Below are positions 1 to 14,519 of a stretch of DNA of 64,000 nucleotides, piece by piece. Source of the DNA: Escherichia coli (GTDB lineage: Bacteria; Pseudomonadota; Gammaproteobacteria; Enterobacterales; Enterobacteriaceae); NCBI RefSeq assembly GCF_030384885.1, contig NZ_CP128613.1; one strand, written 5' to 3'. A program made the translations under genes and the position numbers. The first letter of the stretch is position 1; each line of letters starts with the position of its first letter. The notes below the pieces were generated by a model. It saw only the letters and a program-made list of their open reading frames with translations. It was not told the DNA's origin and did not search any database.

Positions 1-195
1 TCAATGAGCTACATGAAAGACTTGTGGAGCGAGGAAGAGAAAAAAGAATTCGCTAAACTGGATCAAATGGGCGTGAAAGTCTACAAGGTTGATAAAGCAC
101 CGTTTATCGAGAAAGTGCAGCCGATGTACGCAGCCTTTGCTAAGGAAAACCCTGCTCTCGCCCCAATGCTAACTGATATTCAGGCGACTAAGTAA
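1..195 (+). CDS. 3' fragment of a periplasmic solute-binding protein, TRAP-transporter DctP-like C-terminus; gene starts upstream of the window
   Basis: Frame is open to base 1 (track ORF 4..195 is only the part after an internal Met). C-terminal sequence (GVKVYKVDKAPFIEKVQPMYAAFAKENPALAPMLTDIQATK) resembles TRAP SBP C-termini; followed by a hairpin terminator. Not the gene I expect here in K-12. Confidence 0.4.
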   Translation, partial: SMSYMKDLWSEEEKKEFAKLDQMGVKVYKVDKAPFIEKVQPMYAAFAKENPALAPMLTDIQATK

Positions 196-257
196 TTATC
201 TTAATAGGGCTGCTTATTGTGGCCCTTAGCAATATCTACAAGCGCTCGCTATAAAAG

Positions 258-286
258 CAAAACGCCGACCAATGGTCGGCGTTTTT
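258..286. terminator. Bidirectional intrinsic terminator between the left-edge gene and rplI
   Basis: GC-rich hairpin cgccgacc-aatg-gtcggcg flanked by A-run on one side and TTTTT on the other. Confidence 0.6.
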
Positions 287-306
287 ACGTCTCGTTGAAT
301 AACGAA

Positions 307-768
<462 letters not shown>

Positions 769-797
769 TCAAAGTCGTATTAATGGACCGTGACCGA

Positions 798-1344
<547 letters not shown>

Positions 1345-1350
1345 CAGAAA

Positions 1351-1764
<414 letters not shown>

Positions 1765-2073
1765 TTATTCAGCCTCCTGTCTGGGTCAGCCGAATCCCGG
1801 GGAGGCAAGGAACGTGTTAAAGGTCGGCTGAAAAATGACGCGTTATAGTACTGACATACCCCGCTAAACTCAAGGCCAGCCGACAAATAAATCTCATCTT
1901 TCACCAAATCGTACTAACACGCTGATTTGAAGTTCATCACACTTCATCATGGTGTTTTTTTGAACAACTGCATCAGAAATGGTCACCATCCACTTCTTTA
2001 TCATTGATTAAAATTAAATCAGAAGATCACCACAAGAGGAGAGCACACAAAGTCAGCCGTCGAGGAGGTATCT

Positions 2074-2349
2074 ATGTTCAGCCGTGTTTTAGCCCTTCTG
2101 GCTGTGCTTTTGCTAAGTGCAAATACATGGGCAGCCATTGAAATTAATAACCACCAGGCCAGAAATATGGACGATGTGCAAAGCTTAGGCGTGATTTATA
2201 TCAATCATAATTTCGCCACTGAAAGTGAAGCACGTCAGGCATTAAATGAAGAGACAGATGCGCAGGGCGCAACGTACTACCATGTGATTCTGATGCGGGA
2301 ACCGGGGAGTAACGGCAATATGCACGCCAGCGCGGATATTTATCGCTAG
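2074..2349 (+). CDS. yjfY: DUF1471 (YhcN/BhsA/McbA-like) small secreted protein
   Basis: 91-aa ORF with signal peptide and DUF1471-type C-terminus; RBS GAGGAGG upstream. Confidence 0.9.
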   Translation: MFSRVLALLAVLLLSANTWAAIEINNHQARNMDDVQSLGVIYINHNFATESEARQALNEETDAQGATYYHVILMREPGSNGNMHASADIYR

Positions 2350-2389
2350 CACCAGGTATAACCAACGAAACATTGCCATAGTTTGCTTT

Positions 2390-2414
2390 GCCCCCTTTTC
2401 AGGGGGCTTTTTTT
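2390..2414 (+). terminator. Intrinsic terminator after yjfY
   Basis: Hairpin gccccc-ttttca-gggggc followed by TTTTTTT. Confidence 0.7.
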
Positions 2415-2477
2415 GAAAAACGGCTGCGGACTTAGACCAGTTATCTCCCGAAGAAGGAAATCTCCGCAGCGCGTGTT

Positions 2478-3164
2478 TTACTTCTGCCCGTAATAGGCGT
2501 TGGGACCGTGCTTACGCATGAAGTGTTTATTCATGAGATAGCTGTCGATGTGATTCAGTTGCGGGTTAATGCCGCGGGCAATCCACGCCATTTTCGCCAC
2601 TTCTTCCATCACCACCGCGTTATGCACCGCATCGTGAGCATCTTTCCCCCAGGCGAATGGCCCGTGCTGATACACCACAATTCCCGGCGTATGCAGCGGC
2701 TCGGCGTCACCCAGCGTTTCGATAATCACTTTGCCAGTGTTTAGCTCGTATTCCCCCTGCACTTCTTCTTCGCTTAACCCGCGCGTACACGGGATATCGC
2801 CAAAGAAGTAGTCAGCGTGCGTGGTGCCTAATGCCGGGATCGCCAGCCCCGCCTGCGCCCATGCGGTGGCATGCGTGGAATGGGTATGGACAATGCCGCC
2901 AAGCGACGGATAACGACGGTAGAGTTCAAGATGCGTCGCAGTGTCGGAAGACGGACGATACTCCCCTTCCACCACCTTGCCACTCATATCAACCACCACC
3001 ATATCGTTCGCTTTCATGCTTTCGTAGGCAATGCCGCTGGGCTTGATCACCACCAGCCCGCGTTCGCGGTCAATGGCGCTGACGTTACCCCAGGTAAAGG
3101 TCACCAGCCCGTAGCGCGGCAGATCCATATTGGCTTCAAATACCTGCTGTTTTAGCTTTTGCAT
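2478..3164 (-). CDS. ulaF: L-ribulose-5-phosphate 4-epimerase
   Basis: 228-aa ORF, class II aldolase/epimerase; last gene of ulaABCDEF. Confidence 0.95.
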   Translation of the reverse strand: MQKLKQQVFEANMDLPRYGLVTFTWGNVSAIDRERGLVVIKPSGIAYESMKANDMVVVDMSGKVVEGEYRPSSDTATHLELYRRYPSLGGIVHTHSTHATAWAQAGLAIPALGTTHADYFFGDIPCTRGLSEEEVQGEYELNTGKVIIETLGDAEPLHTPGIVVYQHGPFAWGKDAHDAVHNAVVMEEVAKMAWIARGINPQLNHIDSYLMNKHFMRKHGPNAYYGQK

Positions 3165-4018
3165 TATGCCGCCTCCACCATGCCGGCTTTAGCCATGCGC
3201 GCTTTCACCCAATCACGCGCTTTCGCCACTTCTGCCGCCGGGTCTTCCGCCGTTTCGCTCCACATCTCAATCAGGTACGGCCCGCAATAACCACTCTGTT
3301 TGAGCGTTTCGAAGCAACGTTCGAAATCCACTACACCTTCGCCAAACGGCACGTTTTTGAAGACGCCTGGTTTAGTGTCTTTCACATGCACCGCAACGAT
3401 GTGCCCGATTCCGGCCTGCAACTCCATCTGCACGTCGTTGTCCCACGCCGACAAGTTGCCGATATCCGGGTAGAGCTGGAACCACGGGTTGTTAAGATAG
3501 TGCGCGTAACCCAGCGCCTTGCTGATGGAGTTCATCAACGGGTAATCCATGATCTCCATTGCCAGCGTCACCTGCGCGCGGCTCGCCATCTCAACGCTCT
3601 CTTTCAGGCCGTCACGGAAACGACGACGCGTTTCGTTATTGGCTTCCTGATAGTAAACGTCGTAGCCCGCCAGTTGGATCACGCGAATACCGACATCCTG
3701 GGCGAACTGGATAGCTTTGCGCATAATCTCCAGCCCCTGCGCCCGCACTGCGTCATCTTCGCTGCCCAGCGGGAAACGGCGATGAGCAGAAAGGCACATG
3801 GACGGCACGCGCACGCCGGTTTCAACAATCGCGTTCACCAGCGCCAGACGCTGCTCGCGGCTCCAGTCAAGGCGCGAGAGGCGATCGTCCGTTTCATCTA
3901 CCGACATCTCGACAAAATCGAAGCCTAACGTTTTTGCCAGTTGCAGCCGTTCCAGCCAGCACTCCCCGGTGGGGAGCGCTTTTTCGTAGATGCCAAGCGG
4001 GATTTGTTTGGACAACAT
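3164..4018 (-). CDS. ulaE: L-ribulose-5-phosphate 3-epimerase
   Basis: 284-aa ORF; start overlaps ulaF region, operon order. Confidence 0.95.
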   Translation of the reverse strand: MLSKQIPLGIYEKALPTGECWLERLQLAKTLGFDFVEMSVDETDDRLSRLDWSREQRLALVNAIVETGVRVPSMCLSAHRRFPLGSEDDAVRAQGLEIMRKAIQFAQDVGIRVIQLAGYDVYYQEANNETRRRFRDGLKESVEMASRAQVTLAMEIMDYPLMNSISKALGYAHYLNNPWFQLYPDIGNLSAWDNDVQMELQAGIGHIVAVHVKDTKPGVFKNVPFGEGVVDFERCFETLKQSGYCGPYLIEMWSETAEDPAAEVAKARDWVKARMAKAGMVEAA

Positions 4019-4027
4019 ATCCGCTCC

Positions 4028-4678
4028 TTAGCCCCACAGCTCGGCGATGGAACGTTTGAACTGACGCGCGGCTTCAACCGGAGAAGCGGCATCACGGATA
4101 CTACGCCCCGCGATAAACACATGAATCGGAATGCCTTTGAACAGCGGCAGGTCTTCCAGCGCCAGGCCACCGGTGACGGTGACTTTGAAGCCCATATCGG
4201 AAAGACGTTTGATCGCGGTGATATCCGCTTCGCCCCACGCCACGCCTGCGGCCTGCGCGTCACGGCTGCGGTGATAAACCACCTGCTGGATACCTGCGTC
4301 GCGCCACTGCTGCGCCTGTTCCCAGGTCCAGTAACCGGTCAGTTCGATCTGCACGTCGCCATTAAACTCTTTTGCCACGTCCAGCGCGCCTTTGGCGGTG
4401 TTGATATCTGCACAACAAATCACGGTCACCCAGTCAGCGTTGGCTTCAAAGCACATACGAGAAAGGATTTTGCCCGCATCGGCGATTTTGGCGTCTGCCA
4501 GCACGATTTTGTGCGGATAAAGCGCTTTCAGATCGCGAACCGCACGCACACCTTCGCCCACGCACAGAATGGTGCCCACTTCGATAATGTCGACTTCTTC
4601 GGCAATCAGGCGAGTAGTTTCGTAGGCGCTAGCCATAGTCTGGTTGTCCAGCGCGACTTGCAACATCGGTAATGACAT
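4028..4678 (-). CDS. ulaD: 3-keto-L-gulonate-6-phosphate decarboxylase
   Basis: 216 aa from [12 protein letters not shown]...; track ORF (267 aa) is an upstream in-frame extension into ulaC. Confidence 0.93.
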   Translation of the reverse strand: MSLPMLQVALDNQTMASAYETTRLIAEEVDIIEVGTILCVGEGVRAVRDLKALYPHKIVLADAKIADAGKILSRMCFEANADWVTVICCADINTAKGALDVAKEFNGDVQIELTGYWTWEQAQQWRDAGIQQVVYHRSRDAQAAGVAWGEADITAIKRLSDMGFKVTVTGGLALEDLPLFKGIPIHVFIAGRSIRDAASPVEAARQFKRSIAELWG

Positions 4679-4691
4679 TTTCAATTCCTTC

Positions 4692-5156
4692 TTAAGCAGC
4701 CGCGTTGGTGCGGTCAATGAGATCCAGGACTTCCTGCTCAGTACGGCAGGCGCGTAAACGGTCGAAATTCTCTTCATCTTCAAACAGGTTGACGATCTGC
4801 ATGATGCCCACTTCCTGATGCGTGTTGGCATCGACCGCCGCCATCGTGATGAGGATATCCACCGGGTCGTTATCTTCGTGGTTGAACTCCAGCGGCTTTT
4901 TCAGCGTCACCAGTGCAAAACCGGTTTTCTTAACGCCCTCTTCCGGGCGACCATGCGGCATTGCCAGGCCCGGTGCGAGCACAAAGTACGGGCCGTGTTG
5001 TTCAACCGCATCCAGAATCGCCTGGTAGTAACGCGGCTCTACCACATCTGCCGCCACCAGCAGGTCAACGCCGATTTTCACTGCGTCCTGCCATGTCTCA
5101 ACTTCAGCCTGCAGACGGATAGATTTATTCTCCGCCAGCGAATCACGTAATTTCAT
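4692..5156 (-). CDS. ulaC: Ascorbate-specific PTS enzyme IIA
   Basis: 154-aa ORF. Confidence 0.95.
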   Translation of the reverse strand: MKLRDSLAENKSIRLQAEVETWQDAVKIGVDLLVAADVVEPRYYQAILDAVEQHGPYFVLAPGLAMPHGRPEEGVKKTGFALVTLKKPLEFNHEDNDPVDILITMAAVDANTHQEVGIMQIVNLFEDEENFDRLRACRTEQEVLDLIDRTNAAA

Positions 5157-5165
5157 AGCGCGCCC

Positions 5166-5471
5166 TTACTTCACGTCCTGCGGGAAATGTTCTTTGATCA
5201 CTTCCAGCAGTTTCGGGCCAAAATCGGCAGGAGAGAGCATGTTGCGCACGCCAACCACGTATTTATTGCCGGTCACGGTTATTTCGCCCGCGATGTGCGT
5301 AGAAGCGATGATGATATCCGCGCCGCTCAACTCGCTTTTGTATTCACCAACCGCGCAGCTGTTTACCGTGTGGTCGATGTTCGACTGGGTTAAAAACTGG
5401 TCCACTTTCATTTTCATGATCATGGAACTGCCTTGTCCGTTACCACACACAGCCAGAATACGTACGGTCAT
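5166..5471 (-). CDS. ulaB: Ascorbate-specific PTS enzyme IIB
   Basis: 101 aa from [16 protein letters not shown]...; track ORF has 2 extra N-terminal codons. Confidence 0.93.
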
Positions 5472-5486
5472 AATCAAAACTCCTTA

Positions 5487-7238
<1,752 letters not shown>

Positions 7239-8303
7239 ATGAGTAAAGTGAAAAGTATCACCCGTGAATCCTGGATCCTGAGCACTTTCCCGGAGTGGGG
7301 TAGCTGGTTGAATGAAGAAATTGAACAAGAACAGGTAGCTCCTGGCACATTCGCGATGTGGTGGCTAGGCTGCACCGGGATCTGGCTGAAATCTGAAGGA
7401 GGCACCAACGTTTGCGTCGATTTCTGGTGTGGTACTGGCAAACAAAGTCACGGTAACCCACTAATGAAACAGGGTCACCAGATGCAGCGCATGGCTGGCG
7501 TGAAAAAACTGCAACCGAACCTGCGTACCACCCCATTTGTTCTTGATCCGTTTGCGATTCGCCAGATCGACGCGGTACTGGCAACTCACGATCACAACGA
7601 TCATATCGACGTCAACGTCGCTGCTGCCGTGATGCAGAACTGCGCTGATGACGTGCCATTTATCGGGCCGAAAACCTGCGTGGATTTGTGGATTGGCTGG
7701 GGTGTGCCGAAAGAACGTTGCATCGTGGTCAAACCGGGCGATGTCGTTAAAGTGAAAGACATTGAAATTCATGCCCTTGACGCGTTTGACCGTACTGCAC
7801 TGATCACTTTGCCTGCCGATCAAAAAGCGGCTGGCGTACTGCCAGACGGCATGGACGATCGCGCGGTAAACTACCTGTTCAAAACGCCGGGCGGTACCCT
7901 GTATCACAGTGGCGATTCCCACTACTCTAACTACTATGCGAAGCACGGTAACGAGCATCAGATCGACGTGGCATTAGGTTCATACGGTGAAAACCCACGT
8001 GGTATCACCGACAAAATGACCAGTGCTGATATCCTGCGTATGGCAGAAGCGCTGAATACAAAAGTGGTTATCCCGTTCCACCACGACATCTGGTCAAACT
8101 TCCAGGCCGATCCGCAAGAGATCCGCGTACTGTGGGAGATGAAAAAAGATCGCCTGAAGTATGGCTTCAAGCCGTTTATCTGGCAGGTCGGTGGCAAATT
8201 TACCTGGCCGCTGGATAAAGACAATTTCGAGTACCACTATCCACGTGGTTTTGACGATTGCTTCACCATTGAACCGGATCTGCCGTTCAAGTCGTTCCTG
8301 TAA
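7239..8303 (+). CDS. ulaG: L-ascorbate-6-phosphate lactonase (metallo-beta-lactamase fold)
   Basis: 354 aa from [12 protein letters not shown]...; HxHxDH motif (ATHDHNDH). Confidence 0.95.
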   Translation: MSKVKSITRESWILSTFPEWGSWLNEEIEQEQVAPGTFAMWWLGCTGIWLKSEGGTNVCVDFWCGTGKQSHGNPLMKQGHQMQRMAGVKKLQPNLRTTPFVLDPFAIRQIDAVLATHDHNDHIDVNVAAAVMQNCADDVPFIGPKTCVDLWIGWGVPKERCIVVKPGDVVKVKDIEIHALDAFDRTALITLPADQKAAGVLPDGMDDRAVNYLFKTPGGTLYHSGDSHYSNYYAKHGNEHQIDVALGSYGENPRGITDKMTSADILRMAEALNTKVVIPFHHDIWSNFQADPQEIRVLWEMKKDRLKYGFKPFIWQVGGKFTWPLDKDNFEYHYPRGFDDCFTIEPDLPFKSFL

Positions 8304-8410
8304 TCTGTCGTTTATACCGGATGGCGTGGAGAAGTTCGCGCTATCCGGCGTAGTATTTCCTGGCTATTTCAAATATCATCTAAAAAAATCAAATTTTATC
8401 GGAATAGCTC

Positions 8411-9166
8411 ATGACTGAAGCACAAAGACATCAAATTCTCCTGGAAATGCTCGCACAATTGGGCTTTGTGACCGTTGAGAAAGTCGTTGAGCGTCTGGGA
8501 ATTTCGCCTGCTACCGCTCGACGCGATATCAATAAACTTGACGAAAGCGGCAAACTGAAAAAAGTGCGCAATGGCGCAGAAGCCATTACCCAGCAGCGCC
8601 CACGCTGGACGCCGATGAATCTGCATCAGGCGCAGAACCATGATGAAAAAGTACGTATCGCTAAAGCAGCCTCGCAGCTGGTTAATCCGGGCGAAAGCGT
8701 CGTCATCAACTGCGGTTCCACCGCGTTTCTGCTTGGGCGGGAAATGTGTGGCAAGCCAGTGCAAATCATTACTAATTATCTACCGCTGGCGAATTACCTG
8801 ATCGATCAGGAGCATGACAGCGTGATTATCATGGGCGGCCAATACAACAAAAGCCAGTCCATCACCTTAAGTCCACAGGGCAGCGAAAACAGTCTCTATG
8901 CCGGGCACTGGATGTTTACCAGCGGCAAAGGACTGACCGCAGAAGGGTTGTATAAAACCGATATGCTGACGGCAATGGCAGAGCAGAAGATGTTGAGCGT
9001 GGTAGGGAAACTGGTGGTACTGGTTGATAGCAGTAAGATCGGCGAACGTGCGGGGATGCTCTTTAGTCGTGCAGATCAAATCGATATGCTGATCACCGGC
9101 AAAAATGCTAACCCGGAAATCCTGCAACAACTGGAAGCGCAAGGGGTCAGCATTCTGCGTGTTTAA
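8411..9166 (+). CDS. ulaR: DeoR-family repressor of the ula regulon
   Basis: 251-aa ORF with N-terminal HTH and sugar-phosphate-binding domain. Confidence 0.95.
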
Positions 9167-9912
9167 AGATGCTGCTGGAAAAATGTCACGGCAGCATCTA
9201 ATGCCTCAGGCGTAATGCGGTGACGCACGCCTGGCTGCCATGAACAGGTTAGCAGTTTATCCCGTCCCGTCTCGATTAAGGCCTGCTGCAAACGTAGTGA
9301 TTCGTCGGCAGGCACGACGTCATCGTCAAGGCCATGCCACAGCAGTAGAGGTCTGTCACCAAGTTGTTCCAGATGGTTTGTCGCTTCCCACTCTGCCAGC
9401 GGCGCGACAATGTTATTGAATTCATTCTGCTGTGCTGCCGTTTCAGGTATCAGCGGTGGAAACAGTGAACGGGCGAGCGATGTAAAATAGCCCGATCCCA
9501 TCATGCTGGCGGTACATTTCACCGTGGGGTGGCGAGCGGTAATTCCCAGTGCCGTCATCGCGCCCATCGACGCGCCACCGACTGCCAGACGGTCAGCAAG
9601 CAGCCAGTTTTCTTCGGCTATTGCCGCACGTAAGGTAGTGAATTCCTGCATACTTTGTAGCAAAATTTGCCAAAATTGATATAACCGCCGCGCTGCGTCG
9701 CCCCTAAAACGGCTACCGTGATCGGGCGCATCCGGCATGATCACCCGCAAACCAGCCTGCGCCAGCGCAACGGCAAAATAGCTATACACCAGACTGGACG
9801 AAGTAAAGCCGTGATAAAAAATCACGCACGGTAACGGGGTATCTTTTTGCCCGACAGGATAAGCATGAAGAACGGGAATATCTGCCAGCACGCGCGAGTC
9901 TATTTCAATCAT
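9163..9912 (-). CDS. yjfP: Alpha/beta-hydrolase esterase
   Basis: 249-aa ORF; GGASMG nucleophile-elbow-like motif; convergent with ulaR, 4-nt overlap. Confidence 0.9.
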
Positions 9913-10093
9913 CTGTCTCTCCTTTTTGTCTGGTATGACATGAAGAAATCCTTAGCACAAGTTTCTGCTGGCGGTATTAGTTCATAATGTTGAGATGTGG
10001 GTTACGCTTTCGTCACGTTTTCATTCGAAAATCGCGTACCAGGTAACAATTCGGGAACATTCCCCCAAAGTTAAATTAATAAGGCACTACACT

Positions 10094-10423
10094 ATGGTTA
10101 GCAGGAAACGTAATAGCGTTATTTACCGGTTTGCCAGTTTATTATTGGTGTTGATGTTAAGTGCCTGTAGCGCACTGCAAGGTACGCCACAGCCAGCACC
10201 GCCAGTAACGGACCATCCGCAAGAGATTCGCCGCGACCAGACGCAAGGGTTACAGCGAATAGGTAGCGTAAGCACGATGGTTCGGGGTTCTCCGGATGAC
10301 GCATTAGCAGAAATCAGAGCGAAAGCTGTCGCTGCAAAAGCTGATTATTACGTTGTCGTCATGGTGGACGAAACCATCGTGACAGGACAGTGGTATTCAC
10401 AAGCTATTTTATACCGTAAATAA
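10094..10423 (+). CDS. bsmA: Biofilm/stress lipoprotein, DUF1471 family
   Basis: 109 aa from MVSRKRNSVIYRF...; lipobox LSAC; track ORF has a 33-codon upstream extension. Confidence 0.88.
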   Translation: MVSRKRNSVIYRFASLLLVLMLSACSALQGTPQPAPPVTDHPQEIRRDQTQGLQRIGSVSTMVRGSPDDALAEIRAKAVAAKADYYVVVMVDETIVTGQWYSQAILYRK

Positions 10424-10571
10424 ATCAGACAACTTATACAGCCAGCTTTACATTGCTTTGCGTCCCTATGCGTTTACCTGTGCACAATAAATTACCAGCT
10501 GGAAGCTCGGGCGTTTATTACCGCGATGGAATGCCCTGCAACATGTGGGGAAACGAAAAATGGAGCTGATG

Positions 10572-10847
10572 ATGAAACAATTACTTGCCTCACCCTCACT
10601 GCAATTAGTGACTTATCCTGCGAGCACCACGGCACAGTCTGCAGAATTCGCCAGTGCTGACTGCGTGACGGGCCTGAATGAAATAGGTCAGATCTCGGTT
10701 AGCAATATTTCAGGGGATCCGCAGGACGTGGAACGTATCGTGGCGTTAAAGGCCGATGAACAAGGTGCGTCATGGTACCGCATTATTACCATGTATGAAG
10801 ACCAGCAGCCTGATAACTGGCGTGTACAGGCGATACTGTATGCGTGA
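10572..10847 (+). CDS. yjfN: DUF1471 family small periplasmic protein
   Basis: 91 aa from MKQLLASPSLQL...; alternative upstream starts exist in frame (track ORF from 10545). Confidence 0.85.
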   Translation: MKQLLASPSLQLVTYPASTTAQSAEFASADCVTGLNEIGQISVSNISGDPQDVERIVALKADEQGASWYRIITMYEDQQPDNWRVQAILYA

Positions 10848-10849
10848 GT

Positions 10850-10905
10850 GTCATCCGCAGCAAATGAACAATGCCGGATGCGACACCTGTGCCTTATCCG
10901 GCCAA
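10850..10905. repeat. REP (repetitive extragenic palindromic) element
   Basis: gccggatgcgacac...gccttatccggcc imperfect palindrome, typical enterobacterial REP; between convergent yjfN and aidB. Confidence 0.6.
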
Positions 10906-10996
10906 CAGTTCCTGAAATTTCATTGTGTTAGTTGATAACACGTAATGCTGCTGTTGCCATTATAAGACGCGCTAGCATCACATCTGGCTGACTCGT

Positions 10997-12622
10997 TTAT
11001 AAACATACTCCCCCCGTCGCCCGCAGCAATAAATCATTCTGGATCTGCTCTGACAACCGCACGCCGCCGCGCGTATCAAACATCATCTGACACCACGCCT
11101 GCGCCATTGGCGGAGAGGCATATTTCAACATTTGCGCGCCGCAACCCAGCAGGAATAGCTGACGAGTAATCTCTCGCCCCATTTCTTCAGCTGGCTTACG
11201 CAGTTGCTGCTGCAAACGACGAACCGCGCGATCAAAATAGCGATCCTGCCCTTTCACTTCCATAAACGCTTCCGACAGTAAGTCGTATACACCCGCCTGC
11301 TTATTAAGAACGCGCAATACATCCAGGCACATAATATTGCCAGAACCTTCCCAGATGCTGTTCACCGGCATTTCCCTGTAAAGCCGCGGCAGCTCGCTCT
11401 CCTCGCAATAACCAATACCGCCCAGCACCTCCATCGCTTCGGCCACAAACGGCATACCACGTTTGCAGATAACCAATTTCGCCGCAGGCGTAAATAAACG
11501 CGCCCACAGGGCTTCTTTGGCATCGGCACGCCGGTCCCACGCTCGCGCAAGACGAAACAGCAACGCCGTTTGACCTTCAAGCTGAAGTGCCATGCGACTT
11601 AAGACATGACGCATAAGGGGTTGTTGGATCAATGGATTACCAAAAACATGGCGTTGATGGGCATGATAAATCGCCAGCGAAAATGCACGGCGCATCATGG
11701 CATGGCTACCCAGGGCGCAATCAAAACGCGTCATCCCACCCATTTTCAGGATCAGACGAACTCCTTCCCCTTCCTGCCCCAACAACCAGCCAATGGCATC
11801 CTGAAACTCCACTTCGCCGCTGGCGTTAGAGCGATTACCCAGCTTATCTTTCAGCCGCTCGAGGCGAATCGCGTTGCGTTGCCCGTCAGGCAAAAAGCGC
11901 GGCACAAAAAAGCAGGACAAACCGCCAGTGGTCTGCGCCAGTACCAGATGCGCATCGCTTTGTGGCACCGAGAAAAACCATTTATGCCCCACCAGCCGAT
12001 AAGAGCCATCGTCCAGACGCTCTGCGCGGGTAGTGTTGCTCATCACATCGGAACCGCCCTGCTTTTCCGTCATGCCCATGCCAATCAACAAACCGCGTTT
12101 TTGCCCACCTGGCAATAAGTGGGAATCGTAGCGATCGCTCAACAGCGGCGTGGTCCAGTCCTGAAACGGCGCGGGTAACATCTGTAACAGCAATGGCGTG
12201 GCGGCAAAGGTCATGGTTATCGGACATAACGACCCTGCCTCAACCTGTGCGTGCAACATAAAACGCGCCGCTCGCGCCACAAATGCGCCGGAGCGAGCGT
12301 CTTCTTCCCAGGCCAGATTGTGTACCCGATTGGTACATAACGCCTGCATCAGCAGGTGCCAGGCGGGGTGAAAACGCACATCGTCCAGACGGCGTCCTTG
12401 CGCATCGTAGCGCAATAATTCGGGCGGATTCACATTCGCCAGTCGCCCCAGTTCAAGGGATTCAGCCGTTCCTAACTGCTGACCAATACTGGCGAGAAAA
12501 TCGCTATCCCAGCCAGCACCTTCACGCGTTACCGCTTCGCAGAGCGCGCCATCAGACAGGTATAAGTTGCTGTTATTTAATGGTATAGGTTGATTAAAAA
12601 CGGTGTGAGTTTGCCAGTGCAC
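10997..12622 (-). CDS. aidB: Acyl-CoA dehydrogenase-family adaptive-response protein AidB
   Basis: 541 aa beginning at GTG (..VHWQTHTVFNQP); track ORF starts 6 codons further upstream. Confidence 0.93.
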   Translation of the reverse strand: MHWQTHTVFNQPIPLNNSNLYLSDGALCEAVTREGAGWDSDFLASIGQQLGTAESLELGRLANVNPPELLRYDAQGRRLDDVRFHPAWHLLMQALCTNRVHNLAWEEDARSGAFVARAARFMLHAQVEAGSLCPITMTFAATPLLLQMLPAPFQDWTTPLLSDRYDSHLLPGGQKRGLLIGMGMTEKQGGSDVMSNTTRAERLDDGSYRLVGHKWFFSVPQSDAHLVLAQTTGGLSCFFVPRFLPDGQRNAIRLERLKDKLGNRSNASGEVEFQDAIGWLLGQEGEGVRLILKMGGMTRFDCALGSHAMMRRAFSLAIYHAHQRHVFGNPLIQQPLMRHVLSRMALQLEGQTALLFRLARAWDRRADAKEALWARLFTPAAKLVICKRGMPFVAEAMEVLGGIGYCEESELPRLYREMPVNSIWEGSGNIMCLDVLRVLNKQAGVYDLLSEAFMEVKGQDRYFDRAVRRLQQQLRKPAEEMGREITRQLFLLGCGAQMLKYASPPMAQAWCQMMFDTRGGVRLSEQIQNDLLLRATGGVCL

Positions 12623-12705
12623 TGTGTCTCCCTCCATCAATGGCAGTCACCATTAGTATGGTCACTGCCACGGATTCCTGACAGAAAGAGATTGCTAAAA
12701 CATTC

Positions 12706-13869
12706 TTAGCCAGCAATATAATGCGGAACGAAACGTGAGGTGTCTTTGGTGATCAGCGTGTTATCTTCACGGATCCCCATTCCGCACGCTTCATCATCGA
12801 CAATCCAGCTACCAATGAGTGTGTAGCTATCGCCAAACCGTGGTAGAGGTTGAAATGCCTGGTAGATCATCGGTTCATCGGCGTAATCACCCTCAGCGTG
12901 GTCAACGACGTTATTCTGACCATCGAAAATGGTGACGTTACCGCCCTCGCGTGAGTAGATCGGTTTACGCACATAGCTTTCGCCAGCGGCAATCTGCGGT
13001 TTTTCGCCATCAAACCAGGATGCAAGTAGGTTAGGATGACCAGGAAAGAAGCGCCAAAGCAGCGGCATTAACCCTTTGTTGCTCAAGATACTTTTCCATA
13101 ACGGCTCCACCCATTGCTCGCGGCGCTTGCGCAGCAGCGGACCGTTATCGTCACGCATCATCCATTCCAGCGGATACAGCTTAAATGCACGCTGGATGAC
13201 ATTATCATCAAGATCGGTCAGTACACCGCCGACGCCCAAACCGAGATCTTCAATGTAGATAAACCGTGACTCCTGCCCAGCCTGCTGAGCGCAGTCCTGC
13301 AAGTACAGCACAGTACTCCTGTCTTCGTCGGTATCCTGACAACAGCAGAAATAAAACGGTTCCCGACTGTAAAGCTCGCTAAAACGCGAAATCAGGCGTT
13401 CCTGAATGGCATTGTACTGATCGGCATCACGCGGAATAATGCCGCTACGCCGCGCATCTTCCAGCCACAGCCACTGGAAATAAGCCGATTCATACAACGA
13501 GGTTGGCGTATCGGCGTTGTACTCCAGCAGCTTCACCGGCGCATTGCCACACCAGGCAAAATCCATCCGACCATACAGCGAAGGATCGCGTGCGCGCCAG
13601 CTTTCAGCGATCACATCCCAGTACAGCGGTGGGATCGCCAGTTGCGTCAGGATCTCTTCGTCTTGAACCGCACGATCCACCACCTCAAGGCACATCTGAT
13701 GCAGTTCCGCAGTTGGTTTTTCGATCTGCTCTTCTATCTGACGCAGAGTAAAGCGGTAAGCCCGACTCTCATCCCAATAGATTTCATTGTCGATGATATG
13801 AAAGTCGAAACCGTTGTCGGCGGCGATCTGGTCCAGATCCCGTCGTACAGGAACGTTGTGTCTCAGCAT
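12706..13869 (-). CDS. yjfC: Glutathionylspermidine synthase-family (ATP-grasp) protein
   Basis: 387-aa ORF; last gene of yjfKLMC. Confidence 0.9.
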   Translation of the reverse strand: MLRHNVPVRRDLDQIAADNGFDFHIIDNEIYWDESRAYRFTLRQIEEQIEKPTAELHQMCLEVVDRAVQDEEILTQLAIPPLYWDVIAESWRARDPSLYGRMDFAWCGNAPVKLLEYNADTPTSLYESAYFQWLWLEDARRSGIIPRDADQYNAIQERLISRFSELYSREPFYFCCCQDTDEDRSTVLYLQDCAQQAGQESRFIYIEDLGLGVGGVLTDLDDNVIQRAFKLYPLEWMMRDDNGPLLRKRREQWVEPLWKSILSNKGLMPLLWRFFPGHPNLLASWFDGEKPQIAAGESYVRKPIYSREGGNVTIFDGQNNVVDHAEGDYADEPMIYQAFQPLPRFGDSYTLIGSWIVDDEACGMGIREDNTLITKDTSRFVPHYIAG

Positions 13870-13871
13870 GA

Positions 13872-14510
13872 TTAGCCTCCCCAGTGCCCACGGGCGCTGG
13901 AAGAACGACCATAGCCGCCGCGAGAAACAGTTGACGCTTTTCTGGTGGTAAAGCCGCCCGAGGAGTAAGACTCTTTTTTGCCAGAACCGGAGCGCCAGGA
14001 GTAATCACCGGAAGTATTGCGCCAGACGGGGCGGGAAGCAAATGAGGATCCACCGCTGTTATAAACGAACGGCTCATCGCGATCTTTACGAATAACCCGG
14101 CTTAATAAAAATCCAGAAATGACCGGGATCCAACTCTGTTCAACATTGTCGTAGTAGCAATTTTCGTACTTAGACTGACAATTCTGCTGAGTCATATTCT
14201 TCGGAACATCGGCATAAAATGCCGCTTTGGCATTGTTCCAGCCATGAGCACAGATATCTGAATTATTACCGTCATCAATACAATCCTGCACTGTCGAGTA
14301 AAACGTTCCGTCACCGTCGTTATCGACATCACCACTATCGCCACAACCTTTCAATACAAAAAAAGCTGCACCGCCCATTAGCGCCAACGTTAAGTATTTT
14401 TGTGCGTAGCGATTGCGTCGCGGCTCAAAAGGATTATTAGGTCTTCCAATGCGACTGATCGCTCCGTGACCAATTTTACTGTTATTTCTTGATTTGCGTT
14501 TTCTGGCCAT
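13872..14510 (-). CDS. yjfM: DUF1190 protein with Gly/Ser-rich C-terminal tail
   Basis: 212-aa ORF. Confidence 0.88.
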   Translation of the reverse strand: MARKRKSRNNSKIGHGAISRIGRPNNPFEPRRNRYAQKYLTLALMGGAAFFVLKGCGDSGDVDNDGDGTFYSTVQDCIDDGNNSDICAHGWNNAKAAFYADVPKNMTQQNCQSKYENCYYDNVEQSWIPVISGFLLSRVIRKDRDEPFVYNSGGSSFASRPVWRNTSGDYSWRSGSGKKESYSSGGFTTRKASTVSRGGYGRSSSARGHWGG

Positions 14511-14519
14511 GATCGTCCA

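Noticed and set aside
4028-4831. Long N-terminal extensions of track ORFs (ulaD 267 aa, rnr 827 aa, ampC 442 aa, orn 229 aa, gdx 126 aa and others)
   Set aside because: Extensions run into upstream genes or leaders and lack RBS support; the shorter starts give the expected protein lengths.
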